Origin: Eledone cirrhosa
Taxonomy: Eukaryota
Length of the DNA: 64,000 bases
Assembly (NCBI GenBank): GCA_964016885.1
Contig: OZ024743.1
Location: 293,198,001 to 293,262,000 of the forward strand
Reading direction: 5' to 3'
Position numbers and translations under genes: made by a program. The notes under the pieces were generated by a model that was given only the letters and a program-made list of their open reading frames with translations, did no database searches and was not told where the DNA came from. Positions 1 to 19,061 of the stretch are shown here, in pieces. Position 1 is the stretch's first letter, and each line of letters starts with the position of its first letter.

Positions 1-2431
1 AACTACAACAGAGTGAGAGTGAGAAAGTGAGAGGGGAAAAGAGAGACAGAGAGCAAAAATAAAGCAAGGCAAAGAACGAAACGAGAGGTGGGGCGAAATA
101 CTGCGGTGTATTGGAGTAAGTAGAACACGCAGTGAGGTAGATAGGCAAATGTAACAACTAGAGGGATAGTGTGAGTGAGACAGCTCCAAAGAGAGAGGAA
201 CCGGGAGAAAGAAAGCAAAGCAAAGTAAGAGGGTGTAAACGAACTGACAGTCAGTCAAACAGAAAGACAGACAGCCAGGCGCTGGCTGACATGGCTCCAC
301 ATTTTTACGCACAGAGAGAATGAGGGAGGTACACAACACACACATACATACATAAAAGTAAGTAAATATCTCAATGCATACAGACATACACTTGTTACTA
401 CCACAGTTACACTTATACACATGCAATGTAATTCCTTATCCCCTCTATTTCTTTCTCTCTCTCTCAGTCCCTCCCCGCCTTCGTCTAACCACATTTCTCG
501 GCAATGAACAAACATAAGCGGAAGGTGTTTCGATCTAAGCACTGTGCTCTAAGTTTCACTATGGACACTACAAGTACAATTACAACACCAGCAGCACAAC
601 CACCGCCACTATCACTACTACCACCACCATCTACAACTACAACAACAGACGGTCAAAAGTGGATTACACTCCAGTCATGGTTTCTCCGGCACTAGAAGAA
701 GAAGAGGACGAAACTCTCTGAACAACAATAACAATATTAACAAGCAACACATACAACATATACGTACACGTTACATTTATAAGCAATATAAACAAAACAT
801 ATCTCAGATGTATAATAATATATACTAGATATATATATATATATCTTCTATCTATGTATAGATAGATATTGTGCTTTCTATATACTGTTTTTTAGCATCC
901 CCTTTTATCTTTTTCTACTTTAATTCATTATTTTTCTAGTGCTGTTATTTTCATTGTAGGTATATATATAGTTAAGGTTATAATATATATATATATATAT
1001 ACACAATATATTATTTTATATATATTATTTTATTTTAGTCTATCGTTTAGTTTCGTATACATACATATCTATCAATCAATTGAGTTTATATTTGTATATC
1101 CATTGGGTTAGTATCTAACTAGCATCTTGGTATCATATCTTTAATCCCTATCTATCATCAGTTATAAACTCTTCGTTTTCCATAGAAGAGTATCGTTGAA
1201 AAGAGACAGAGAAAAAGAACTGTTGTTGATGTTTAACTGTTTATTTTCCAGAGAATCTGATTTGTTTGTGTCTGTGTGTGTTAGTGTGTGTGTCTGTGTA
1301 TCGTAGTGATTTTTTTTCTAGTGGTAGATAGATAGATATAGATAGAGGAAGATACACCTATCCCCCCCCCCTCCATCCTCCTCGACTTCAAATAACATAC
1401 ATGTATATCTGTATATCAACATATCAACCAGTACATGTGGATATGTATATAGACCATATATACCTACTTGACAAACTTTAACTATGTAAAAACAACAAAC
1501 TAACAACAACAACAAAAAACGACTGTTAAACAAACTAATGAGCTATTAAAAAGAACAACAACAAACACCTCCAAACACTCCACTGAAACAATAACAACAA
1601 ATTGTTGCATCCGCTTAACCTAAACAAAATTTCACTAAATAAATAAAAAACAACACACCGCATTACATTACAAAAAGTTAATTATATATATATTTGTGTG
1701 AGTTTTAAGTATGTATATATGTAAATAATATAAATATAACATTCGATATATATATATATATTTAAAACTCACTCATATGTAACATATATATATTTATACA
1801 AAAGTTAGTTCAAATAATATAATCTTTTTTTTAAGAGAGAATTCTCACATACTAATAGTTATTAACGAAGAAAAAAACGAAATTTGAAAGGGGAAACTAG
1901 CAAAAGGTCCACCATATACAAAATCAAAAGCAGGAAGGAAATAAAAAAAAATCCTCTTATTTAACCACTAATAATGATAACAACAATTCTCGGAAATATT
2001 TATTAATTTGATATTATTAATCCCTATTTCGTCTTCCTCAAAAATATATATTAAAAAAAATCTGATCCTGATCCAGGTGAATTTTCCTTTCATGTTTTTA
2101 TTTAAATTTTAAATACTTGAAGATTAGAAAAGAGAAAAATAATAACCCTTACTAATGGAAATAATACTGCTTTAAATACTATATATAATCATAAATATAC
2201 CCAAAGCCAATTAAAAAATACTACTAATAATCAAAGCCCTTACATACTTCATCCATAACAATCATAAATGCAAATAAAAATATAAACACACACACACACA
2301 CACACACACATACATATATATGCATATATAAATATATATATATACATATATACACATTATATATATATTATATATATATATATATAATTGCAAACAGAGA
2401 GGAAAACATTGTGGATTTTCTTTCGCCAGCT

Positions 2432-2579
2432 ATGGAAAGCTGGTGTCAGCGAACATTAACACTGGGGAAATACACTTTTACCATTTTTCTTGGATTTTTC
2501 TGCACACTACTGGTGGAACCAATTTGCTGTGTGGACGAGCGGTTTTTGTGGAAACCAAACTCGGAAGTTGTAATTCAAG
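2432..2579 (+). CDS. Probable first coding exon of a secreted or membrane protein (signal peptide, possibly the start of an Ig-like domain)
   Basis: gctATGg start, reading MESWCQRTLTLGKYTFTIFLGFFCTLLVEPICCVDERFLWKPNSEVVIQ(G). It has a hydrophobic core and ends at a strong donor CAAG|GTAAGC (intron starts 2580, phase 1). F-x2-P-x6-G resembles the first strand of I-set Ig domains. No second exon was found in the window. Confidence 0.7.
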
Positions 2580-4267
2580 GTAAGCAAAATTAAAAAAAAA
2601 GCTAAAATAACTTTTAAAAGATTGAAAAAATAAATATTACTTAAAGCACCTTTTTTTTTTACTCAGTCACCCACTTATGTTTTATGTATTTAACTTACGT
2701 ACTATCCCCAACAACCTGGATCCTTGTGGTTTACAGTAGAAATGTTCAATACTGCTGTACATGCCATACATAAGATAATTTCCACCGTCAAACGAAATAG
2801 ACCCTTAATAAGCTCATTTACACTGCCTGCCTTTAGTCTGTGTGTATATTCGTTAAACTTTCATATGTCCCTTTACCTGTTAGTCCATCTGCCATCTTCT
2901 AACCAATCTACTTATCTATCCATCCACCCTGACATGTGTTCCGTCCATCTATCTGTCAATTTATCTATTTATCAATCTTTCTAAATCCACCGAGGTTAAC
3001 TTTCATCCTTACTGGGTCGATAAAATAAAGTACCAGTAATGCACTGGGGCAATCGCTGGCGTTGTGCCAAAAGTAGAAACTCCAATAAAGAAATATATAT
3101 CTATCTAGCTATCCAGCTACTTAACTATCACTCTGTTTATATCTTTATGACATGTGTATGTTTATTGTTTGTCTGATCTGAAGTTTCAATTTTGAATTTG
3201 TTTTCATCCATGGTTGTTGCTTAGCCCTCAGGTCTACCCCGATCAAGCGGACCTCTCTGTTTGACATTTTATTGGGGAATTTAAGCCTTATTTAATATGC
3301 TCTTCCGGTAATGTGTAATTTGTCAAGCGATAATACCTGCTTTTCTCTCATTTTAACTTCGTCTATTTTGTAGACCTGTCAAAACTTACATGATTGGGAT
3401 AGGGACTAAGAAAGAAAGATATAGCTTGGGATAGGGACTACGAAAGAAAGATATACCTATCTTCTCTCAGTTTCTTTTGTCTAACTGCAAATATGCCTAT
3501 CTATTCTCCAGATTTCTTATTTATTCATTCTATCTGTCTATCTATTTATCCGCCTCACTATTTATATTTGCATGTGTGCATTAGTGTTTTTGTTTGATAG
3601 CAAATCTTCAACATTTTATCTACGTATCTATCTGTTATGTAGCTATCTATCTTCCCCATTTGGACTTTTTTTCTCATCACAGTCTTTCTCCATTACTCTA
3701 TCTTCATCTATATGTCTGTAATTCTGGGTTCCAGGAAGAGATTGTATGTGTGTGCGCGTCTGCATGCACATGTGTATCCGTGTCTGCATGCACATAGGTG
3801 TATACGTATTATATAGTAACTCCCGTTGAATATATGTGGGTATATAAAAAAAAACTTGCTCTTATTTTAACACAGACACGCACACAAATAAATACAAAAC
3901 ATGCAAACACGGATACTACAATGCGCAGACATACACACATAGACTTATACACGTACAGACGCGATCACACAATTACAAACACACGCACACATTTATTAAT
4001 CTTACAATTTATGCTATTTGTATGTCTGCATGTACATAACAATTCTTAAAGGAATGGCTGCGCCTAATAACCCTTTTTAAAGAGGCTTTCAGATCGGTGA
4101 TATGCAGTTATCCTTTGCTTGGAGACCTGACCCGAATACTTGTAATAGGGTGAAGATGAACTCAGATATGGGCCAGATAGTGATGTTAAACCGGGTCTCG
4201 AATTAAATCTATCACTCGTGTCTGCTGAGTATTTGTGATATGTCTGATATTGTGTGTGTGTTTATGT

Positions 4268-4915
<648 letters not shown>

Positions 4916-6002
4916 AATGAGAACTGCCCCTTTCAAGACAGAACGGTGCGATTTATTTGTAGATTTGACTGCTATGTCGAATAGGTCGAACAGCTTAAGA
5001 ATTTTCGCTCTTATATTTATGTATGTGCGTGCATATTGCTAGCTGTTATATATTTCATATTTTTATTAGTTACATTTTATATGTGAATGCCTTTGTATAT
5101 TCGTACGTCAAATTGTGATGCCCTGTGGCTGCACACGTCTTTCTCTTCCACTGTATATGCTACAACATAATACTAAGCTAAATATAGTATATATGTATGT
5201 CTGATGATGATGATTGTGTGAGTGTGTGTGTGTGTGTGTATGCCTTGAGATAAGTTACAAACATACATGTGTACGTTTATGTATACAAACATACATATGC
5301 ACATGTCTGTATATAATTCACAAATTGATATTCATGCATACACTTGTATCTATAGGCATGTACATATGTGTATGGTCACACGCAGCAGTGTATTTATATG
5401 CGTATGTTGCACACACACATTTATAGTGTACACTCCCGCGAATGTTACATTTATGCAAAAATATATATGTATTTAGTGCTTTAATAGTGAGTACAATATA
5501 TAAAAAGTACGTGCGGACTTTTACACACAGCGAGTGTGTCTATAAACAGAACTAGAGAAGACTACACACACGTGCATAAATATATGTGTGAGCGTAAGAT
5601 GGTTTGATGCACGGATAGATTGGAAAGTAAATTAACAGGGTAGATAGTAAATGTCCCTGTTGTCTATTCACGAGAATAAGTCTTACTAATACAATGAAAA
5701 GTGCTCAATATTTCAGAGAGTCGAATTTGTGATGTACTTTTTTATATGGTAGTTTTACTGAATTAATTCCGTTTCGATTCACTTACGATCTGTCGATCAG
5801 GTTCGGAATTCTTTAAGTAGACAGATAGTTTGATAGCTAGAAAGACCGATATATATATATATATATATATTTCAGCTTGTGAAGTAGATGGGTAGATAGA
5901 TAGTTTAGATATTAAGGTGCATATGTATTTGAAATGCGTGCATCCCAACGCAAATAACCATAATAATTATAGCCGATCACACATTTAAAATTTTACCAAT
6001 GC

Positions 6003-6078
<76 letters not shown>

Positions 6079-7179
6079 CCCAATTAAGAGAACGGAGCAA
6101 TATCACAAGTAAAGAAGAACTCATTCTTAATTACCAAAGTAGGTGAATTTAATTAAGCTTTTCCTTACAACATAGCCGGAATGTTTCAACTTTTGTTTCT
6201 GTAGAATAAAGCTATTTACATATAGTATAGAAAAGTATAAGGTGAGTAAACAAATTAATAGTTTTGACAGTTATATGGAATTTGACACATAATTGTTATT
6301 ATTTCTGTATGGTATTAGTATATCTTGGATTACATTCTCCAATGTTTTTCCAAAGTCAGTATAATAAAGATTTATCTGCTATTTCTAACAGATGAAGCAC
6401 TCACGTTAGATGCCATCCTTGGATCATGCTGTGTTGGAGTGGTATACGTAGGTTAAGAGATACTTAAATATATAACTAGAAAGAAAAAGGGGGAAAGTTT
6501 TGAATAGATAGATATATTTTATATATTCATGTATAAGTCGCACTTCCATTTTGGATATATTTACAAAACAGCATAAATTTTGAATTGAGGTTTTGTAGGT
6601 CCAATAGATAAGTGGCATGGTAGTTTTGCACGTGGTCTATTCGTGAGAAATTGTGCGACTTATACACAAGTATTATACGGTCTATTGATATGCGTTGATT
6701 AACCGAAGTTGTACCTGATTGAGCAGACTTTATAATGAAAGGCATTCTAGCCGTTACCATATCATCTTTTTTCTTTTCTAGGTAAAGTGTAACCCGGACT
6801 ACATTATCCTGAATGTCCTCCACCTTTTTTTAAGGGAATATTTCTGGTAGATTTGGTTGGTATCTCTAAGCCGGTTGACCGGCCACAAAGATAGAGCAGA
6901 AGGTGTATTCGCACTATATATATATATAATATATATTAGGGTTTTCCTAATTGGTAGCCGGATCAGTGATTGTGTTGCCCAAATCAAGGAAATCGTAGTG
7001 TAATAAGAAAAAAGCACTCAACGCCAGGTGCATTCTACCAATTTTAATATGGCATCGTATGGGTAGAACAGGACCGATCTAGTTATCGTTGTATTATATA
7101 TATATATATACTTAAGTCCAAGTGTGAGTCTTGTTACTCTAGAGTTGAGTACTCATTCTCGCTACTATCTATACTAAGC

Positions 7180-7211
7180 ATACACACATACACACATATA
7201 TATATACATAC

Positions 7212-7246
<35 letters not shown>

Positions 7247-7446
7247 TTACATATATATATGTATGTGTATGTATATATATATGTATGTGTATATATATAT
7301 ATATATATAAGCATACACACATACACACATATATATATACACACATACATATATATATATATATGTATATATATACATATATATATATATATACATTACA
7401 TATATATATGTATGTGTATATATATATGTATGTGTATATATATATA

Positions 7447-7491
<45 letters not shown>

Positions 7492-7614
7492 ATGTATATA
7501 TATATATGTATATATATATATATGTGTATGTATATATATATATATGTGTATGTATATATATATGTGTGTATGTATATATATATATATTTATATATATATA
7601 TGTATATATATATA

Positions 7615-7647
<33 letters not shown>

Positions 7648-7670
7648 GATTGTGTATATATATATATATA

Positions 7671-7733
<63 letters not shown>

Positions 7734-7768
7734 GTGTGTGTGTATATATATATATGTGTGTGTGTGTG

Positions 7769-7817
<49 letters not shown>

Positions 7818-7900
7818 GTGTGTGTGTATATATATATATATATATACACACATACACACACACACACATATATATATATATACATACACACACACATATA
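7180..7900. repeat. (TA)n/(TG)n/(CA)n compound microsatellite
   Basis: Seen directly. Confidence 0.95.
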
Positions 7901-8107
7901 TTGAATTAGATGATTTCACCGTTACTTTGATTAAATACGATAGTCTAATATTAACGGGGCATATAAGCCTACAGAACGGAATAAAGGTGCCCATCTTTTC
8001 TCGTCAGTGGACTTATGCGCCCCGTTATTATTAGATAAGTTAATTTATTTACGATGAAATCTAATTCAATTTTCAAATTCCCCTCGCCGTTTTTCTTGAT
8101 ACACGTG

Positions 8108-8169
<62 letters not shown>

Positions 8170-8435
8170 GCTCAGTTACATAACAAGGTTCATCAATGCA
8201 AAAACCATACCATGATGTATGACTGAGCGTGTGCGTGTGCATGAGTCTTCCTACCGTCCCTTTATATATATATATATACAATATATTAATAAATGGAAAC
8301 TATATTTATAAAACCATATTTATTTTATTATACATATTTCAAGGGCAACCAAGGCAAATTATGGTGCGCTTTCATCAGATAAAATACAGATTTGTTTTAT
8401 AAATAAATATTGACATACCCGGAAAAAAAGACAAC

Positions 8436-8528
8436 CTTAACGGTTGGAGCTTCCTGGATAGCTCCAACCGTTAAGAAATAGCCGTCGAAACGGCTTGAGC
8501 TCTGCCGTCGGGGTCATACTTTTTCCTA
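8436..8528 (+). mobile_element. Fold-back family X copy (partial hammerhead-like motif)
   Basis: Hairpin CTTAACGGTTGGAGCT/AGCTCCAACCGTTAAG, then AAATAGCCGTCGAAACGGCTTGAGCTCTGCCGTCGGGGTC...CCTAT running into (TA)n. Confidence 0.7.
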
Positions 8529-9160
8529 TATATATATATATATAAAGAGACGCGAGGAAAACGTCCACACACGCTCAGTCATACATCATGGTATGGTTTT
8601 TGCATTGATCAACCTTGCTATGTAACAGCATATTTCCCGTATAACTCCATCCCCCAATCCCCCACCTCTCAAATATATACGCACACACCCATTGATGATG
8701 CTGAATTCCAGGCTGGCTGGTAGATGTGCGTGTGTGTGTGTGTGAATTGATTCGTATATATTGAACTGGATTGTGTGTATGCAAATTGTTACTGTTTTAT
8801 GTGTTATGCATGAATGTAGAGAGATGTTTATGCATGTGCTTGCTATTTGTGTGCATGTTTTGAAGTAGATGGAATTTTGTGTATGGCGATTTCTGTGTGC
8901 GTTGTTTGCACGTGTCTGTGTGTGTATGAATATTTTCTGTGAAGATAGTGAATGTATGTGGTTGTGTGAAGTGCTTTCTGTATGTAGAATTTCGTGTTTG
9001 CGTAGATGCTTGTACGTGTATGGATAGATCATAAGTTTTAAATGTATGTTTATAAAGTAAGTAGTGTGTGTAGATTTCTCGTATACACATACAGATATGT
9101 TATTGTAAAGTTTACAATTTATATACTCGTGTGTTGCTTGTGTAGTAAGTATGCGTGAAA

Positions 9161-9204
<44 letters not shown>

Positions 9205-9254
9205 TGGACATTTAAAAATATTAAATGGGAAACAATTTTGTGCGCTTGTATAAA

Positions 9255-10387
<1,133 letters not shown>

Positions 10388-10388
<1 letters not shown>

Positions 10389-12826
10389 ACTTTGAATAAC
10401 TTTGAATAACTTTGAAATGTTTTGGCCAGTATTGGCCCAGGCCATGTCTAACTTAATAGCACCACCTGGCGAAGTCTTTCAATTCAGGATTTGGGCACCA
10501 TGGCCCATTCGAGAAGAGAATTACTGTTTGCGGAGACATATCCGGGTGTGGGTGGTTTGTCCGGGATTACTTGGAGGAATTTGTCCAAAGACTTCTTGAA
10601 TTTTGTGTGGTCAGTTTCTGTTTTGACGTGTCCTGGTGTGATGTTGAAGAGAGCAGGGCCGATTGAGGTGAAATAATTGTGCCGTATTGTTGTTATGAGT
10701 TGCGATTTAGATTTTTGAATGGGACGGATAGCACGGGGCCCAAGCCTTGGGTGTATCTTGAAGGCGATGCCAACATCATTTGGGCAGTGATGATGGAACA
10801 TTTTCCACATCATGCAGATAATATAACGCTCACGGCGACGTTGGAGTGAGTAAAGTTTCAGGTTTTCCAATCGACCCCAGTAGTCAAGGTCTGACATGCC
10901 ATCTATCTTTTTCGTGATTGCCCTTTGAGGAGCTTCAAGTTTCATGATACTTTGTTTCGTGTGGGGAGACCACAGTGGACAACAGTATTCAAGGTGTGGT
11001 CGGGCGAAAGTAGAGAAGAGAAGGATAATGGTGCGGGAATCTCTCGACTGGAAGGTTCTGAGGATCCAGGAACACATTCTGCGGGCCATGTCAACTTTGC
11101 TGCTTATATGCGTGGTCCAGCTTATGTTGCTGTCCACGGTTACTCCCAAGTCTCTGATGTTGTTAGATGCCACGAGAGTTTCCCCGGAGGGAAGGGAGTA
11201 CGGGAGTTTCAGAGCATCCTCTTTTCCAAAGTGGATCAGTTCGAATTTGTCTTCGTTCAGTAACATGTTGTTCTTTTCTGCCCATTGGGTAACAGCCAGT
11301 AGGTCTGACTGAAGGCTTATCCGGTCATCCACGCCATTGATGACCTTTTGGAGCTTGGAATCATCAGCGAAAATTTTAATGTTGCTGTGTTTGATGATGT
11401 CAGTGATGTCATTAATATAGATGATGAAGAGAAGTGGGCCCAACACAGTGCCTTGTGGGACTCCACTACTGACTTTGGCTGGGCTTGATTTGACTCCCTC
11501 AACTACAACATGTTGGGTTCTGTTTGACAGGAAGCTCTTGATCCACTGCAGCAGCTTTCCAGTGACACCAATATTGGACAGCTTTCTCAGTAGAATGTTA
11601 TGATCAACCCTGTCAAAGGCCTTGCTGAAATCAAGGTAGATAACATCAGTGTTGGAACCCTCTCCCAAGGCTCTCAAAATGTCATCAAAGTGATGCAGTA
11701 GTTGCGTCAGGCAATCCCTTCCATTACGGAATCCATGCTGGTTGGAGTTCAGCATATTGTTACTCTCAAGGAAGTGGGTCATTCGCGATCTCACCACTCG
11801 CTCAAATACCTTAATGATATGAGAGGTGAGTGAGATTGGACGGTAATTCACGGCAAGGGATTTGTTTCCCTTTTTGAAAACTGGGACAACAGACTGGGAT
11901 AGAAGGTTTTCTGGCACATATCCAGCATCCAGTGAGTTCCGCCACAGATTGGCAAGAGGAGAAGCAAGTTGGTGTTGACACGCCTTCAAGACACAAGCAG
12001 GGAACCTATCGGGACCTACTGCTGAATTATGCTTGATTTCCTTTATTGCCGCCAAGACATCAGGGGCGCCAAACGTTATGTCCGATAAGGTGTAATGGGG
12101 AGTAACATCGCCGATACAGCCCAGATCGGCCATATCAGGATTGCTGAAAACAGAGCAGTATTGTTTCTGCAGTATCTCACCCATGGTTTTAGCATTGTCT
12201 TGAAGAGTGCCATTTTCATCAATTAGAGGGCCAACAGTAGAGCCAGTGATTTTGTGTTTTTTTGCAAATGAAAAGAACACTTTGGGATTGAGTTTGATCT
12301 TCTCAATGGCCCAGGCCCCTCAGCTCTTCTCTGATTGTTGATGAGGGACATTATGTTGTTTTGGAGGTTATGTTTTTTAATCTCTAGTGATGAAATGGCA
12401 GTCAAGTTGATGTGTTGCTGCTGACAGTATTTCAGATTGTTGATTTTTTTGTTCGTTCTCTTAATTTTTCTGATGAGCGTTTTTCTATTTCTAGGGATTC
12501 TGCTCTTAGATTTGTTTATAGTTCTTAATGGGGTGTGTTTAGCACATATGTTTGTAACAGTGTCCACAAATGTCTGCCAGGACTTTTTGATGTTAGTGGG
12601 TGTATGAGTGTGCGTGAAGGACCAGTCGACATGTGCAAGATCATGACTGATCGCTTCCCAGTTTGCATTGTGGAAATCCATAGCGTCAAACGGATGGACA
12701 GGAGAAATGACATTGGGTTTGTATATTGGACGGTGGAATCTCAGATCACAGAGAACCATGTCATGATCAGAGAGTAGAGTTTTCTCCACTGCAATATTGT
12801 GGATATTGTCAGTGTGATTGCTGAAA
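10388..12826 (-). mobile_element. 5'-truncated CR1/L2-group LINE (ORF2: end of APE endonuclease, RT, 3' UTR, short tandem tail)
   Basis: The minus strand encodes LSDHDMV (APE C-terminal motif), then [35 protein letters not shown] and IFADD, with the stop at 10484. The 3' tail is ~3x TTATTCAAAG (10388-10416). One frameshift near 12315-12320. Confidence 0.93.
10484..12280 (-). CDS. LINE ORF2 reverse transcriptase (partial)
   Basis: 598-aa ORF with canonical non-LTR RT motifs and no internal stops. Confidence 0.9.
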   Translation of the reverse strand: MFFSFAKKHKITGSTVGPLIDENGTLQDNAKTMGEILQKQYCSVFSNPDMADLGCIGDVTPHYTLSDITFGAPDVLAAIKEIKHNSAVGPDRFPACVLKACQHQLASPLANLWRNSLDAGYVPENLLSQSVVPVFKKGNKSLAVNYRPISLTSHIIKVFERVVRSRMTHFLESNNMLNSNQHGFRNGRDCLTQLLHHFDDILRALGEGSNTDVIYLDFSKAFDRVDHNILLRKLSNIGVTGKLLQWIKSFLSNRTQHVVVEGVKSSPAKVSSGVPQGTVLGPLLFIIYINDITDIIKHSNIKIFADDSKLQKVINGVDDRISLQSDLLAVTQWAEKNNMLLNEDKFELIHFGKEDALKLPYSLPSGETLVASNNIRDLGVTVDSNISWTTHISSKVDMARRMCSWILRTFQSRDSRTIILLFSTFARPHLEYCCPLWSPHTKQSIMKLEAPQRAITKKIDGMSDLDYWGRLENLKLYSLQRRRERYIICMMWKMFHHHCPNDVGIAFKIHPRLGPRAIRPIQKSKSQLITTIRHNYFTSIGPALFNITPGHVKTETDHTKFKKSLDKFLQVIPDKPPTPGYVSANSNSLLEWAMVPKS

Positions 12827-12828
12827 AA

Positions 12829-14967
<2,139 letters not shown>

Positions 14968-15452
14968 ACACGTAGTACACTGAATATATCTACGCTCATG
15001 TGTATATGCGCGTGTATATAAGTTGCACGAATTTTGATTTCACTGTATGGCACCTTGGGCAGATGCTTTCCTACTATAGGCACAGGTTGACCAATATTTG
15101 CTAGTGGTAATCGGGCATTGTAATTTGTTTGTGTACCTTGTCATGATACGCCGGTTAATGCAAAGCCGGTGTTATTGTTTATGTCCCGTAAATATGCGAT
15201 TCGAGTTAGTTAAAATACGTCCCAGACTGAAATGATAACTCGACCAAAAAATCCTTTTAAGGCTCTTTCCTAGCACTCCCTACAAAAATTTCTCAGGCTC
15301 CATGAAATCTGAGAAGAGATCCTTTACCGGAGCTGGGATTTTAGAGCAGCCTTATTATTTCTTCCAAAATTTATCTCGGATGCCAGCATGAAACCAGGAA
15401 AAAAATAAAGAAGAAAAATAGCTAATTTTCCTCCCGTCTGTATACGACACGC

Positions 15453-15501
<49 letters not shown>

Positions 15502-15546
15502 TTCAAAATATTAATAAATGAGAAATATTATCATAACCAAAGTTAT

Positions 15547-15592
<46 letters not shown>

Positions 15593-15593
<1 letters not shown>

Positions 15594-15786
15594 ACGGAGG
15601 AAATGAGGTAAGGGACAAGGTGGGCCATAACGCACCAAAGTACTCAATACTTAGGGTAGTAGAGTGGGTAATAGGAACGAGTAGGACCACGACGGCTGAG
15701 CTCAAGCCGTTTCGACGGCTAATTCTGGACAGAATTAGCCGTCGAAACGGCTTGAGCTCAGCCGTCGGGGTCCTACTCGTTCCTAT
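15593..15786 (-). mobile_element. Fold-back family X copy: palindrome 15671-15786 plus ~78-bp unpaired tail
   Basis: Near-perfect inverted repeat centred at 15728/15729, flanked by (TA)n; homologous to the copies at 16812 and 36333. Confidence 0.8.
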
Positions 15787-15889
15787 ATATATATATATAT
15801 TATTAAAAATATATATATATGTGTGTGTGTGATATGTTACGAGTTAAAAGAAAACTTAGTGCAAGATATTTAATGAATGTAGTGTGAAG

Positions 15890-16027
15890 ATATTATTCAT
15901 TACATATAGTAAGCTCGATTGTCAAGCTTACCCTTCGAAATGGTGTAAGCTCATGCTTACACCGTTTCGAAGGGTAAGCTTGACAGTCGAGCTTACTATA
16001 TGTAATCTAACATGTAATGAATAATAT
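15890..16027. repeat. Fold-back palindrome (family C), arms ~52 bp around TCAT
   Basis: 15899-15950 is the reverse complement of 15955-16006 with about 2 mismatches. Confidence 0.8.
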
Positions 16028-16249
16028 ATTAATATGTATAAGTATGTGTGTGTATACAAATAAATATATATCGTAATAGATAATGGTAAGACACTTATAA
16101 TAATATCTACTTGAAGATATACGTGTATCTAATACACACAACAATCTCTCTCGCACGTTATCGTGTAGTAAAAGTACAGACGACCAAAGCTAGAAAAAAT
16201 AATAACACACATCTCTCTCTCATACACTCACGCACGCATATATGTACTT

Positions 16250-16811
<562 letters not shown>

Positions 16812-16945
16812 AACGAAGGAAATGTGGTAAGGAACCAGGTGGACCATAACGCACCAAAGTACTCAATACTTAGGGTAGTAGAGTGGGTAATAGGAACGAG
16901 TAGGACCCCGACGGCTGAGCTCAAGCCGTCGGGGTCCTACTCGTT

Positions 16946-16950
<5 letters not shown>
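16812..16950 (-). mobile_element. Fold-back family X copy, folded at the GAGCTC hairpin
   Basis: Palindrome 16890-16950 plus the same tail as the 15593 copy; flanked by (TA)n. Confidence 0.8.
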
Positions 16951-17033
<83 letters not shown>

Positions 17034-17597
17034 TGTGTGTGTGTGTATATGTTCATATATATTGTCTGCATTATCGATATTCTTAAGGCTGCTAAATATT
17101 TTAATTCACACACAGCTTTCTATAAAAAATTGTTGGAGGGACACTTTTGACTACGTATTTTATTCTCTGATATATCGCCTTTCGTAACAAAGAGCTGCTC
17201 TATCATAACTGACCAGGGTCTAGACAACTGCTTACTTGTCCCGATCAACAAGTGTACGCTGTTCCGCTGAAAACAACCAGCCGCAATAGCGACAGTAACT
17301 TAATATCATAACTGCTTATATAATATGATAACATCGGTAACAAGAAACAATAACAATGACATAGAAAACCGATATCAAATTAGCAACATCCGCTCGTTGT
17401 TGCTAATGTTCGGGTAACGTTGAGGTTGTTGTCTTGCGTATTATATACACACCTAGTGTTTAGCTAAAAGAAAGGGAAAGGAGCTGATCGTCAGATAGGA
17501 TCAAAGAAACAATGTTTCCATTCTTTCCATTGCTGATACTCTCTACCAATCGTAATTCCTTTGCAGGGACAACGTAAATTATGTTGCTTAAGAACGC

Positions 17598-17672
17598 TAA
17601 TACGCCTTGGCCGGGGATTGAACCCCTTGGCCTTATAATTGCGAATCCAATACCCAAACCAGTTGGCCATGT
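17598..17672 (-). mobile_element. tRNA-derived SINE head (degenerate)
   Basis: Minus strand TGGCCAACTGGTT (A box-like) ... GGTTCAATCCC (B box-like). Confidence 0.55.
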
Positions 17673-17717
17673 TAAGGAATATATACATACATGTGTATGT
17701 ATGTATATGTGTGTGAA

Positions 17718-17784
17718 AACGCGTGGCATAGTGGTTAGAACGTTGGGCTCACAATCGTGAGATTGTGAGTTCAATTCCCGGACA
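17718..17784 (+). mobile_element. tRNA-derived SINE head
   Basis: TGGCATAGTGGTTAG (A box) ... GAGTTCAATTCCC (B box); no intact acceptor stem. Confidence 0.6.
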
Positions 17785-18867
17785 TAATATTGTCATTCGT
17801 GACCGACACATGTTTGTGTGTGTATGTATAAAAATGGGGTGGTAAATAACGTCTAGCCTAAACTCTGAATTTTTAAAAACCAACTAAATAAAGATTTATA
17901 TTTGATGTTATTTTGAAAAGCGTGTGTAAAGTATATATGTAAGATTTGTATCAAAAAATTCTTAAAGCATTTTTCGTTTATATATATATATATACATATA
18001 GTGTATGTTTACAGTTACTATCTCTCAAAGTATCTTGTCCACTCGTTTATATGTCTGCTAGCCTACCTACTGATTAATCTCTGTCTACCCGTCTATTATT
18101 GTAAATATCGATCTCTAGTAAAATCTATCTATTTATATCTAACTATTTATATCTATCTATATTTACGCGAGTGCGGTCGATTTTAGAATCGTTAGAACGT
18201 CGGAAAATAGCCTTGTGGTATTTACTCTCGTTCTTTACATTCAGATTTCAAATGCAGGCGAAGTCACTTTTTTTTTTCATTTTTCCTGTTAGAGGCCGTT
18301 AAAATATAGTTCCCGTCTAGTACTTGAATCGATTATTCTCTCTCTTACACACACACACAGGTACGCACGTACGTACATACATACTAGCTAGCAAGCTAAT
18401 AAACTATTTCTGTAGACGTTTATCTTGGTATGTAAACATCGTATTTATCTATATTTATATATTCTTGTCTACTTTGAACTATCTACCTCTCTATAATCTG
18501 CCAATCTGCATTTCTCTTTTTCGTCAATCAATTAATAATTAGTCTTTATGAACGACCGCGTTGAACTATTCTCGTGTCTGTACACACTTTCATTTATAAA
18601 CAAATACATGCTATTAAGTTCGAGTCCTAGTGGATGGTCACGTTTTTACTCATTCGCCTAAACTTATTTTACATTTTCACCAATGCTCTGTCTAAACACA
18701 CACACATATATATTCCTCTTTCGAAAATTGGAAAAATCAAACAAAATTTGATTTGAACATGTAAAGAAGTGATACTCTAATTAGTAAGCTTGCGGTAACG
18801 TATGTACTTGTTGCACACTCACACACGTGTGTAGGTGTGGGAGTTTAGTCGCATGTGTGCACTCTAT

Positions 18868-18900
<33 letters not shown>

Positions 18901-18905
<5 letters not shown>

Positions 18906-18975
18906 AAAATGTTTAACCCCGACGGCAGAGCTCAAGCCGTTTCGTCGGCTATCCAGAAATAGCCGCCGAGGTCCT
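18901..18975 (-). mobile_element. Family X copy retaining the short hairpin CGGCTAT/ATAGCCG
   Basis: Minus strand CGGCTATTTCTGGATAGCCGACGAAACGGCTTGAGCTCTGCCGTCGGGGTT...CCTAT running into (TA)n. Confidence 0.7.
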
Positions 18976-18991
18976 GAATCTGTTCATACAT

Positions 18992-19061
<70 letters not shown>

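Noticed and set aside
504-695. 63-aa Thr/Pro-rich ORF upstream of the signal-peptide exon
   Set aside because: Built from (ACC/ACT/ACA)n repeats; at most an unverified uORF
6527-7090. Possible Penelope GIY-YIG or pLTR remnant
   Set aside because: The peptide lacks a convincing GIY/YIG motif; the resemblance is too weak without a search
17598-17784. Two tRNA-like sequences
   Set aside because: A and B boxes are present but there is no complete cloverleaf; treated as SINE heads, not tRNA genes
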